A stretch of DNA of 52,445 nt, counting the filler, from Bipalium vagum (taxonomy: Eukaryota), in the NCBI GenBank assembly GCA_037834085.1. It is 3 parts of 3 records of this genome, joined end to end, with 100 filler letters (N's around TTAATTAATTAA, not from the genome) between each part and the next. Parts side by side here need not be neighbours in the genome. Positions count along the whole stretch, not along the records: positions 15,720 to 31,878 come from JBBMKC010124651.1; positions 31,979 to 52,445 come from JBBMKC010252636.1; 1 more part is not named here. The stretch is one strand, 5' to 3'. Position numbers and translations under genes: made by a program. Below, piece after piece: positions 26,022-38,409 of this stretch (positions are counted from its first letter, which is position 1; the number at the start of each line of letters is the position of its first letter). Below the pieces are notes generated by a model. That model was not told the DNA's origin, did no database searches, and saw only the letters and a program-made list of their open reading frames with translations.

Positions 26022-28814
26022 TATTTATTTACCTAAATAACAAAATATATTTGTAAATATCTGATGTCTAATGAAATGTTAATGATACCAATGTAGTTCA
26101 TACCGATTTTAATTGAAACATTTCAATGAAGTGAAAGTGAATAGAAAATTTTATCGTTATAATTTGTTCCAGAGATTATATTAATTTAAGAGAAAAAAAT
26201 TTTTCACTAAATAAGCCGAAAAAAAGGTTTTTTTATTAAAATTTATAAAATGATTTTTTCCTAAAATCCAAATGGAACGGAGAAAAATGTTTGTATAATT
26301 CCACTTATTGAATTAAAAATCCTATAAATCAATCGCAAAATTCCGAATTATGTTCAGCAGCCAAAGCCTACTTCATTTTTGTGAGTGTTGTATAAATGTT
26401 CAATTTTTTCTACAGTTTTAATTCTTAAAAGAAAAACAATTTTTATTTATTCGTTTTTATATTTGTTCCTTGGTAGAAGTATCAGTGAGCGCAGATGTAA
26501 ATTTGGGTATTAGGAAACCGTACTTTATAATACCTTTTTAATCCAAACATTTAAAATATATCATTACCATAACAATAGTAATATTTTTAAATTATTTATT
26601 GAATTTTCCTGGGGAAATAAGTTTAAATTTGTCCAAACTAAAACTCCTGAAAGTCGAAACTTGAAAAAAAATCTCTAGTAAATGTCCAATCCATATAACA
26701 ATGCTGTGATAAAACAGCGGTTGTTAATTGAAGAAAACACTAAACCTTTAAGACAATATATTTAATATTAGGTGTGCTAGTATGATTCCGGCTTTAAAAA
26801 ATGAATGAAAATTTGTGATAAGATTATATATTGAGTTGTTCGGAAAATCACTTTGCTTTTTTATACCTAAGTTAAATCATTTCAAAAGTTGGGATATTCC
26901 AATTGCCTGGTCTATGGCAGAAGGTCTTGGAACAGAAATGAAATATACATCATTGATTAAAATATTTATTACTAATAAAACCTTTAGTTTTACTTTTTCC
27001 TAAAAAATGCGAAGTGACTCTCCAAACAACCCAATATTAATGATTCAATAAAAGAAATCAATAACCTCTTTTAAGTAGATATTGTTTAAATAAGAAAGAA
27101 ATGCAAAATGACCAAATTGGTTCAAAATAAATGTCATTTGCTGGAATTAATGTTGCGTTACTTTTTTGCAAAGAAAACCTGTGAAGAAACACACCTCCTG
27201 TTGGTAGAAATGTAAGATGTTTTAATATGAAATATATTTAGTGCCTGAATCAGCATATTGTCTTGAAGCCCCTCCTTCATTTCAATTAGCTTAATAAACA
27301 ATATTAGAAGACATTTTAAAATACATTGGATATGTTAGAAAACTTAAGAAAGATATTCTCAATAACGATAACAGTAAAACCTTCATTTTTGTTAATGTTT
27401 CCTGCCAAATCGCTTTATCGAGAATAATAGAATTAAATGTAGGCCGATCTCCTAATAACATAGGCTGGTCTTGATCATATATCATAAGTATCAAATGATT
27501 CCTGTCTGATTAAGTATTTTTATTAAGTATTGAAATAAATAAATCCAGAAGAAATTAATTTCTCTCCGTACACAGAAATAAATTAAATTAAAATTTAATT
27601 TTAATTAACACATCTCAAGAAAAAATGGAAAATTTTCGATTATATCTTTTACAGAATTTTTCCTAAGTATAATCTTCTCCTGCCCTATTCAGGTGAGTAT
27701 AGAATTAATGTAAATTATCAACAAATAGATAATGCATTTATTTAATTAAATTATTTAAATAAATTAATTACTCACTTCAATCATTTAAATTAAGTTCAAG
27801 TGACACAAAGGAAGGCTTGTTTTTAATTATTTTAATTTATGATTTTTAAATCATATTATTTATTTAATTATAATTGTAAAATTTTAATTATTGTTATTAT
27901 TATAAGATTTTAATTTTAATTATAGTAATTAATAATAATCATAATACTAATTATAATAACTCAATTATAATTTTTAATTTAACGTTATTTTAAAAGATTT
28001 CTCATTTTATCAAATTTTTTTCTAAATCCTTATATTTATTTGTAATTTATTCGTCCTTTGAATGAAAATGGGTGTAACTGTAAATCATTTCATTATACGG
28101 AATACATTAAATGAGACTTTGGGTTAGCTGGGACCATAATTCCTTGGATGATAAATAAAATGGAATCAAGACCATAAATATCCAAATGGTTAATTGAATA
28201 AATGTGGAATGATGAGAATTAAATTAATAAATTGTCTAAATTTAGGCTTCATAATAAATAAAATAATAATAAAATCCGAAAGCAAATTAATTAAACCATT
28301 CCTAATTTGGAATGGAAATAAGATAAACAACGATAAAGATTTTATTCCAAATTCAATGAAAACGTTTTTGAAGATCATATCTCCTATCTTTGATCTACAC
28401 TGGATCTACATTGGATATATATTAATCAGATCAGATTTATATTTTAGTAAAGATTTGAAAGATTTAAAGACCAAGTACTTATTTTACTGGCTATTGCTCA
28501 TATCTGGGATTTCCGAATTAAAATTTATTTCATTTTCTAGATCTTTAGCTTTTATAGTCTTTAATAAAGTTTTGAAGATAATTTTGTTTCTGTAGTTTCA
28601 CTGTTTATATATACTTTAAAAATTTACTGCAACGACAAAACCATCTCTATTTTCAACTACAGTGCTAATCATAATTCACCCACCACTTCAAATATTCCTT
28701 TAATACTACTGAACAGTACATATATATTTTTATATTTGCTGCATCATATTTAATGTTTTTTTGTTTTAATTGATTAAAATATTGCTAATTTGCAATACAA
28801 TAATAAAATAAGTG

Positions 28815-30733
28815 GATTCCACGTGAAATAAAAACCAGGTGGTTTGAGGTTGCATCCTCACACATTTTGCGCAATAATAATGATCATTAATGATTGTGAA
28901 TACTGATGAAAAGGAAATACTTTACCACAGTCGAATGCGGTCAGTTCAAGAATTTGATCATGAACAGGCCCCACAAAATTTTGCAAAGCCAAAGTTACAC
29001 TAAAAGAAACTGACGGTGACTTGTGTCCAGTTTAGTTCATCACACCTTCTTGAATCCCGGAAAAATTTACTATCAAAAAATTGAAGAAATGCACCTCAAC
29101 TTCAACAACATTATCCAGCATTAGTAAAAAAAGACCAATTCTACTTCACGACAACACTCAGCCATATATTGCACAAATAACCCTAAGAAAAATTGAACAG
29201 TTTTGACTACGAAATCCTTTTACATTCAGCAAATTCACCACACTTTTCGACAACTGACTATCATTTCTTAAAACATTTTGACCACATCTTAAGAGTAAAT
29301 ATTTTCAGAAACCATGAAGACATCAGAAATACCTCTAATGATTTCTTCGTTTCCAGAACTACAGAATTTTACGTTAGTGGCATAGGAAAATCTTGTTTCT
29401 TGTTGGACAAAATATATTTAATATAATGGTTAATATTTTGCTTAATAAAGTTTTGTACTTGAAATATTAGGTTGTTTAAAAAATAATATCGGTTTTCATG
29501 AAGCCATTTATTTAACGTTAATTTAACATTTTTTCTTTTGTTTTACTACTTAAATTATATGTCATTTTAAAGCGCAGATTTCAATCTACATTCTGGTAGT
29601 ATTAATGTTTTATATAAAGTTAAAATAATATATTTAATTAACATAGAACGTAAAATTGAAAAAAATCAATTATGACCGATTGTTTTTATGAATATAAACT
29701 GGGCCATAATGCAGCAGAAGCCAGTCGTAATATTAACAATGCATTCGGCGAAGGAACAGCTAACGAGCGGATGCTTCAACGCTGTTTCAAAAAATTTCTT
29801 GGTTGTGACGAGACGCTTGAAGATGATGAGGGTCGTGGACGCAAGACGGTGATTGAAAACGATAAACTGAAGACTTTGTTGGAGGCAAATCCTTGTACAA
29901 CAGCTCAAGAACTTACTCAAGAAATGAGTGTTTCTGTTGGAACCATTTGGAATCACTTGCGGGAAATTGGTAAATCTAAAAAGCTTGACAAATGGGTTCC
30001 ATACGAATTCAATGAAAAACAGAAAAATCATCGATTTGAAGTGGCCTCTTCTCTACTTTTGCGAAACAATATTGATCCCTTTCTCTACCGTATCGTAACA
30101 TGCGACGTGAAGTGGATTATGTATGATAACCGGCGTCGTTCGGCTTAATGGTTAGATTATGATCAAGCTCCACAACACTTTCCTAAACCAAAATTTTATC
30201 AAAAGAAGGTTATGGTGACTTTTTGGTGGTCACTAGCCGGTCTCATCTATCACAGTTTCTTCAACAAATCGATGAGATGCACTTGAAACTCCAGAAAAGA
30301 CAGCCTGTGTTAGTCAATAGAAAGGGAGTGGTTTTTTTTGCACAACGCTCGACCGCATGTTGCACAAAAATTAAACCAGTTTTGATACGAAACCCTGCCT
30401 CATCAAGCTTATTCACTAGACCTTTCGCCCATGGATTATCACTTTTTTAAACATCTGCAGAATTTTTGAAGGATAAATGTTTCAGAAATCAAGACAATGC
30501 CAAACAGGCCTTCAATAATTTCATCGCTACTTTTATGCAAATGGCATAAATAAACTTGTGACTTGTTGGCGAAAGTGTATTGATTCAAATGGATCTTATT
30601 TTGATTAGCTATTTTTTTTTAAATATATGCTTTCAAAGTCCGATATTAAAAAACGACATTATTTTTTGAACAACCTAATATTTACATTAAAAGCTTAAGG
30701 TCAAAAACCGACATCCATTTTCAGATAACCTAA
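28815..30733 (+). mobile_element. Older cecropia-type mariner (5'-truncated), split by the nested mariner at 29467-30678
   Basis: FEVASS..LRNNND, TDEK, ILLHDNTQP, HSANSPHFSTTDYHFLKHFD. The 3' UTR resumes after 30680 and ends in TIR ccgacatccattttcagataacctaa+TA. Confidence 0.8.
29467..30678 (+). mobile_element. Near full-length cecropia-subfamily mariner (Hsmar1-like), inactivated
   Basis: TA+TTAGGTTGTTTAAAAAATAATATCG ... CGACATTATTTTTTGAACAACCTAA+TA. Transposase YKLGHNAAEASRNINNAFGEGTANER, WVPYEF, TCDVKW, HNARPH, YSLDLSPMDYH, with an in-frame stop at 30148 and deletions. Confidence 0.95.
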
Positions 30734-31752
30734 TAATAATTCATAATTAAAAAATTTTCTAAATTTTTTAAAATTCTTCTGTAAAATACTTTAATTATTT
30801 ATGTTTACTTTTAAGATTCTAATCAATTCTTGACATTTGTTTTAATTTTCAGGAAATTATATCTAAACTTTAATTTAAAAAGAAATAAATATAATATATA
30901 ACGATTATAAAAATTTCTAATTATCATAAGGAGTAAATATAATTTCAAAAACTCAAAGAAATGGTTAAAAAAATAAATTAGAAATTTATAATTTAAAAAT
31001 AATATTATTTTTTATTTGTTTTAACTCTGAAAATCGCAATTATGAATATTTAATTATATAATTTAAATAAATTAAATTTTAATTAAATTTAATATTAATA
31101 GAATTTTAATAAAAGTAACAGTTTTAATAATAATAATAAAACAATTCAGAAATTTCACTTTCGCTTACTTCTGAATTGCCAGTACTAAACTAATAAGAGG
31201 ACCATTTGACGATCTACAATGATTAAAGATAATTTTATCAGATAAAAGATCTTTGGAAATCATAAATATTTTATTATTTCACATAAAAATCATTGTAAAA
31301 AAACTGTGGAACTTCTTTAATGATGACGAGAAATAAAAACCGCAGGAAAAGTCGAAATTCTGAATCCTGAAAATTTTAATGAATATTTTTTTTTCTTTTC
31401 TTCCTAAAATGGTCTGATTTTTGACCATAATTATGCAGTATCAGGTTTGTATACTGTTTTAACGTATTATTTGCTGTGTACAAATAAGATCTGGTTAATT
31501 AACTTGGGTAATTTAGAAATTAATAAGACCGAGACGATATATCTCCCGAACGCCCTAGAAGTTTCTAATTGCTTGTCTGGATCCCTTCAAACAATATTAA
31601 GAGTGATAACTGTAAATAAGTAAAACATTTCTTTCACTAATAATGTTTATTTTAAAAATATATTTAAACATTAAATTTTTGAGTTCAAGAACCCTGGTTT
31701 AATTATTTTTTACAAATGGGAAAAAATCAAATTTTTTATTTTTTCTTTTATT

Positions 31753-31878
31753 AGGTGTACAAGTTGAAAATGACGTTTTTTAAGACTGTAAAAAAGTTTT
31801 TTTTTTTACAAGAATAAACAAAATTTTTTATACAAGATAATTTCCATCACAATCTACAACATTGGCCCATTTTTGTGG
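31753..31878 (-). mobile_element. Mariner terminal fragment running into the gap
   Basis: TA+TTAGGTGTACAAGTTGAAAATGACGTTTT TIR; minus translation PQKWANVVDCDGNYLV*. Confidence 0.7.
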
Positions 31879-31978
31879 NNNNNNNNNNNNNNNNNNNNNN
31901 NNNNNNNNNNNNNNNNNNNNNNTTAATTAATTAANNNNNNNNNNNNNNNNNNNNNNNNNNNNNNNNNNNNNNNNNNNN
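31879..31978. other. Artificial assembly gap linker
   Basis: N44-TTAATTAATTAA-N44, identical to 15620-15719. Confidence 0.97.
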
Positions 31979-33189
31979 ATAAATAATTCAACTTGTGCCT
32001 TATTTTTAACATATTTTTTAAAAAATTGCTAATATTTTGGACGGCACTGTATATAAATATTAATAACTTTGATAGTTTCTAAACACAAAAAATATGCATT
32101 TTCTTAGTGCGGCAATAATTAGTAATATATAATACTATATATATAATATACTATATATACACATACATATCACAAGTGAATAAAAAAATTGTAAAGTGAA
32201 ATTAAAATATTAATATATTCTTTAAAGAAAAATATGAATAATATTAAAATCTTATATTTTATAAGGCTGGTACATTTTTTTGTTATTTTGAATAATATAT
32301 ATAAGTAATAAAACATTTTATAAATAGTAATTAAATCTGAATTGATTATGTTTTAGTAATATCTGTTATTACTTAATATCTTCTTCCATCTTTCCACCAG
32401 TTTGTCTTAGCCTGTATTCCAGAAATCGCTAGATCTACTCAGAAAAAAATTGATTAATCACTTTTAAGGGACACCTAAAGCAGCTAGTGGAACTAAAAAA
32501 ATCTATTTGTACAAGGTCTGGAGAAAAAAAGGTGTAAAAGAAACTACCAATTGTGTTTTTGAAGGGTGTTTTTGCTTTGACGATATTTGGTTTTGTAGTT
32601 TCGCATTATCATGGAGAAGAATGATGATCATTACTTGACATAATTAATTCATGTAGTGTTTTCATTAACTGCCTGGTTTATATGAATTATTTCCCATTGC
32701 ATAAGACCGTCTCAATTCCATTTAATAGAGATCATGATTTTTTTTTATCCAAATCTTGTATAATTCTGGACCTTGCTTTATTTATCCAAACGTGGAAGGA
32801 TCAGATAACTTAGATAAACTTGGTCTATCAGATACGGATGAAAGAAGCCAAAATGAGTGTTAGTTAAAATTGGATTTGTTAGCTGGGAAATTTTTGTGCT
32901 TTGTTTTTAAATAAAATCTTTTGTTTATAAAATTTAAATGAAATGAAATGACAAAAAACTGACTTTTCAGAAAAAGGTCTTTTAAATAAATGTTTTTGGT
33001 ATTAAATTATATGATAAAAGTATAACAAACCACAAAATAATTAAATCATGAAGTATTACAGGGATTTTTTAAAATAGAAATTTTTCAGAATAGATAATTA
33101 ATTTTTTCAGTATTTAATTGATTTTTAAAAAATATTTCATTACTTTTTAAAAAAAAACAAAGGTTCAACATTTCTTTTTATTCAAAAAA

Positions 33190-33883
33190 TTTTCATGAGC
33201 AACGGCTTTTATTAAAAATGTATTTATATGGCGAAAATAATTTTGATAGTGTTCAGGTTTGATTTTATCCGATATCATTAGAATTGTTGTCAGCAGCTTT
33301 TTCAGAATTCAATATTTGCAAGAGATTTCCTAAATAATTTTCAAAACGTTTACCATTATAACCACCTTTGATTTCACATTTGTCGTTTTTACAGGCAGCC
33401 CAAACAGAAAGTTTCGACTTCTTACTGTAGTTACTTTTTTTTGCTGTTTCACCGATAACACAGCAACCGTATCGTTTTCCCATCGAACAATTCACTCCAA
33501 ACTCATCAACAAATATCAACCTGTTAACAGGTATCTTGTATAGTTAAATCGAGCTTCAATGCTATTGATAGAGTTTCTTTGGATTGGTTCTATAATTAAA
33601 ACTATAATGAAAACTTTGTATGCATTGATGAATTGATGCTATAAATATGTTTTGATTCATATTTGTTGCTGTTTCCTGATTGATTTTTCTAAGTGTGATG
33701 GAACAACTTTGGTTTTAATAAGATCTTTGATTTCTTCAATTATCTCACATTTTTTTCCTGCTAACGAATATTCCGGTTGTTCTGAATTTCCGGATTATTG
33801 ATTGAGTCGTGCTTTAATTAAGACGCAAAGCGTTAGAAATTTGAGCAATCGAGTTGTCTAGCTCGTGTTTTTTGATTACTCAT
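33190..33883 (-). mobile_element. IS630/Tc1-like transposase pseudogene
   Basis: LIFVDEFGVNCSMGKRYG..VIGETA resembles FIDESGFN....R.YG.S..G; an HTH-like region (SITLRKINQE) lies upstream. Confidence 0.75.
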
Positions 33884-34760
33884 TCCCAAATTGCATTCTT
33901 GAAATTTCTATAAGGCTAAAATAATCATCTATTTTAAAAAAATAAATGAAGTATTATGAAAACAAACAATTATAATACTGAAAAACCATGTTTATTGCAA
34001 TGTAATGAAAATTTAAAGCATATGTTACAATAAATAATTAAATATTTTTAAAGTTACCCATATGGGATGCATATTTTATCAAAATATCTATTATTCAAAA
34101 TTCGTAGCTGAATACTTAGAGAAAACTCTTATCTTGATGATGTTGTTATTCTCAATTTTGTGCTTGTTAAGGAAATTATGGGAAAAAGGAATATTAGTCT
34201 ATGAAAATTGAAATTTATTGAAGTTTCAGTATTTTAATATGTGCACAATTTCTTAAAGTAATTTGAAGAAATCATAATTGTGTTCACATTGAATTTGATT
34301 AGGTGATATGATAAATCTAATGAAAACGAAAAACTATCCACTGAAGAGTTGCGAAAATAAATTCCAGCATTCTATACTTCCGATGGAATATTGAGGTGTC
34401 TTTATGTCTTAAATGCTGAGCAATTAATATATCCAAAGTGCGTTTATCAGAAAAGATGTCCTCTAATACGATATCGATAGTATATACGAGTTTCATAACT
34501 TGATGAAAGAAGATTGGAGGCTTAAGTGATTACTATTTTATCAAATTTAATTTCTTCTGGGTTTTATTGATAAAACTGATATTACTTTAGGCAAGCAAAA
34601 TTAATAATATCAAATATTAGTCTTATTTAAGTTTTGATATTAAGTTAACTAGCTAACTAGTTACAATTTGTTTTTCCATACATTAATTTTCAACGATATA
34701 AGTATTGTATTTATTTTTTTAATATTAATTATAAGTGTGAGATAAATTGAAAATTAGTCG

Positions 34761-34819
34761 GGGGATGTAGCTCAGCGGTCAGAGCAGTGCATTCGCATGT
34801 TCGAATCCCGGTATCTCCG
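34761..34819 (+). pseudogene. tRNA-Ala(CGC)-derived pseudogene with an internal deletion
   Basis: GGGGATG...TATCTCC acceptor stem with G3:U70 (the Ala identity pair); D arm TAGCTCAGCGGTCAGAGC; loop TT-CGC-AT; then directly GTTCGAATCCCGG. About 13-15 nt are missing (anticodon-stem 3' end, variable loop, 5' T-stem). Confidence 0.85.
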
Positions 34820-34876
34820 ATTAATTTTCACTAACAATAAGATTTCACATTTATTTTAAAAACTGTTTAATTATTA

Positions 34877-35513
34877 CAGGTTTATGCAGAAATATATAGA
34901 AAATTATTCAGAAATATATAGAAAATTATTCAGAAATATATAGAAAATCATTTAGAAATATATAGAAAAAAATTCGATTTTTTCTATTTAATTTGATCAC
35001 ATTGTAGTCAGCCAAAAATATCAGCTGCACGGTTGCTATTAAAATTTCAGGTTTCATTGTTTTGTCATGTTTTTTATTATATCAAATTTACAAACATTTT
35101 ATGCTTCGAAATCAAAGACGGATCTTTCAATGGACTTTATTAGTGACAAGGTATGCAGGTATTGTATTGGTGATGGACAATTGCAGGTTCCATCACCGCA
35201 TAGATGTTATTAAGTTGCTGACAGAACGAGGTATTGCTTACAGATTTCTGCCACCATATTCGCATCAGCTACAATTCGCAAATACTGTATCATCATTTAT
35301 TAGAACCATTATACATCGAGACGATTGATTACTCAAGTACTCTTGTATTAAAGTGAATATTTTCGCAAGATGAGGCGGTTTATAGAAAAACCTTGGAGAG
35401 ACAATAATTTATTTTGTGTATATTTCCATTATATATCTGAATATTTTTCTATATATTTTGAATATTTTTCTATTTATTTTGAATATTTTTCTATATATTT
35501 CTGCGTAACCCTG
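34877..35513 (+). mobile_element. Non-autonomous IS630/Tc1-like element with ~100-bp TIRs built from tandem 21-22-bp units
   Basis: TA+CAGGTTTATGCAGAAATATATAGAAAA ... TTTTCTATATATTTCTGCGTAACCCTG+TA; internal VLVMDNCRFHH..LL..RGIAYRFLPPYS. Confidence 0.9.
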
Positions 35514-37598
35514 TAACTGTCTTATTTTAAAACTTAAATGTCATAAAATTGTTTTAATGTATTATTTTCGTCATATTTTAAGATATCGCTATATAATAAA
35601 AATTGTATTCAGTAATTGAATGGAAATCATGGGTAAAAATAAACTAACTTTACTCAATATTACGAATTTAAAGCAAAATCAAAAAATTTTGATACTTTTA
35701 TCATTCCAATATAATATGCTGTACTATTAATAATCAAGTTTATAACAAATATTTTTAGTAATTGAATCTATAAAAGATCCCACGTTTGTTGGAAAGATTG
35801 GTAGTGTTTTCTAATTTGTTCGTCAAGAATTATTATTGAAAATCAACCTAAATTTTCTTAGAGCAATTGTATTTTATTTATTTTGTTATAATACAAAAAA
35901 TTTAATTTTAATTGTTTTTATGGTTTTCGTTGTTTCAAAATTGATTTTCAGCTGATTTCTATTCAATTAAGGATTTTATCAGAAGATGTTGCACTTATCA
36001 CAAAGAATTGAGGCCAGATGTCTTTCAGTTATGTAATGATGATTATTTAAAGCCAAAGGCTCAGCTCAAGTAATAGTGAATATATTTTTTTGATTTATAA
36101 CAATAATTGATTATTAATCAATACATTAGACACAACATCGATGTGACAGTGCTACCTGGTCCATCAACCAGTTCTGTGTCCATGCCTCCCCATTCAACCC
36201 AGTCATCACAAATCACCAGTTCCAATCATTTCTAAATGGTTTATTATTTCTTGATTCATCATATACTGAACTCAATTCCTTCCAATGCCACCCTTTTTCC
36301 GTTCTCTGATATATGTGATATATATATATATATATTATATATAATATAAATTGATGTGAATTGTCAGATCGATATATGGTCAATAATAGCAAGACTTTGG
36401 TCTTGACAAAATATTGACATTCAATTATCACTTTAATAATACATACACAAAATAATATCGGTTTTTATCGATCAACAAGAAATTAATAAATAATTATGTG
36501 CTGATAAATATATAATAGAAGTGTTGGAGAAAAAGAGGATGAGAAGAACAATTTTTTTGTAGACCGTGATGAGAAGGTTATCGATTTTAAAAAGTATATT
36601 GATTTTCTGTTACCATTTTGTTTCCATCCATTTGAAAAAGGTCATCAACAAAGAAATGATTTGTTCTAAGACGAGGTTTTAAGATTTATATATTTGATAT
36701 GGGTTCATGGAAAAATATCCGTTTTCTGATAGATTCCGGATACGATTGTGCAACTGTACAGTTTTGTTGGTATTTTGATGCATATTATATATCTAGAGTT
36801 GAGGATTGGGATTTTCGTTATTTTATTAATGAATTCTTGAAAAATAACTTAGTTATTGTAATATTAATTTATCATTAATCAATATTAGGAGATTTAAAAA
36901 AATTAATGAAATAAATTAAAATACTTTATTAACTGAAAAAAATTATATTTAACTAATTGGAGTACTCAGTAATATTTCTGAGTGATATGTCATTATAATA
37001 ATGAAAATCTTTCAAACAAATACAAAATTATTGAAAAGTGATAGGTATCGTGTGAATAATGATGCGCAAAAATAACAATGTAAATGACAAATTTTTTACA
37101 TAATTATCAGTTATAAATAGAAAAATTTTATTACTCTCTTAAATGAACATGTATTTATTAATAGTAACTAAGAGGTTAAATTGATAATTTATTCAAAATA
37201 AAATATATAAATTTTAAAAATACTAAAATTAAAGTGCTTTAATAGATAGAAGAGACAGTAGTCATTAAATATTTCTTTTGTTACATGCATAACAAATTTA
37301 TTGTACATTTAGGTATTATATTTGAGTGCGTCTTTATCGATTGTTGTTTTGAACGTTAATACATGTAAGCGAAAAATATACTATTGTGTGCTTAATGTTT
37401 ATTTATAAATAGAACTACCATATTTTGACGCATTTTAGTTTCTTGATTCTGTTTATATTTAAATAAGCCTTCTAGTGCTTTCGCGGATTCGTGTTGTCAG
37501 TTGCTACAAACTATAGGAATAACTCAAATTTAATTAACTGTAAGTTTATTGGGTTTTTTAATTTCGGGTTTTAAAATATTCACATGAATAAGGACTTA

Positions 37599-38093
37599 CG
37601 GTAGATACTCGAATATAAGTTGACCTCGTGTATAAGTCGTGGGGGGAAAATGGGAAATTCTGTGAAAAACCGTATGACTCTTATATAAGTCGATGTAAAA
37701 ATATATGTCTGGATAGTTTCCTCTTTCGTACATTTGGAAAATAAAAAGGAAAAAATCTCAATCTTTTGATACTTTTTTGCAAAATATTTGTGATAATATT
37801 TACATATTTTATTTACAAACATGGCATCATAGGTAAAATTTATTCAGTTTGATTGAAGAAGTTGCAATGCCTGCTCGTTTGTCATATGGTCTGAATAGAA
37901 GTCATCATCATCAAATTTTATAGAAAACACCTCGATTTATATTCGAGTATCTACGGTATGAACACAACGTGATACATTGCATAAATACAGCCATTACATT
38001 GGTTAAAACTGATATGACTCTTATATAAGTCGACCCCATTTTTTCATCAGATTTTATAGAAAAAAACCTCGACTTATATTCGAGTATCTACGG
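37599..38093. mobile_element. pogo/Tigger-type MITE with one left end and two right ends
   Basis: TA+CGGTAGATACTCGAATATAAG at the left; TTATATTCGAGTATCTACGG+TA ending at 37956 and again at 38093. Confidence 0.85.
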
Positions 38094-38409
38094 TATTAGG
38101 AAACTATTTGATATAAAATTGGCTACAATTAATACTTATTTAAAACAAGATTACATAATTAACTAATAAAATTTACTAAATTAAAAATAATATTTACCAA
38201 TTATATATTTATAAGTTAAAATTATATTTTTTCCGAGTGAAAAAGATTATTTTCAAATTTAAAAAATTAATTTTTAATAATTAAGAAGGGTAAGTGAAAA
38301 ATATTTTTTTAATGGTAATACAGTAAGAAAGATTTTTGTTACAATAATTATTTGAATGATTATAAAAATAAAATCACCTTAAAAGAAGCTAAATAATGTT
38401 ATCAAAATT

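Noticed and set aside
28190-28595. 133-aa and antisense 62-aa ORFs as genes
   Set aside because: Low-complexity I/K/N/F composition expected from AT-rich DNA, with no motif.
29666-30031. Antisense ORFs here and at 20370-20576, 42429-42668 and 51625-51900
   Set aside because: Shadows of coding sequence on the opposite strand.
32390-32590. piggyBac C-terminal cysteine-rich domain remnant
   Set aside because: Overall layout is suggestive, but most cysteines are missing and no TTAA-bounded TIR was identified.
34889-34970. CRISPR-like array (also considered for 39210-39310)
   Set aside because: These are head-to-tail tandem units without unique spacers, inside transposon ends in eukaryotic DNA with no cas genes.
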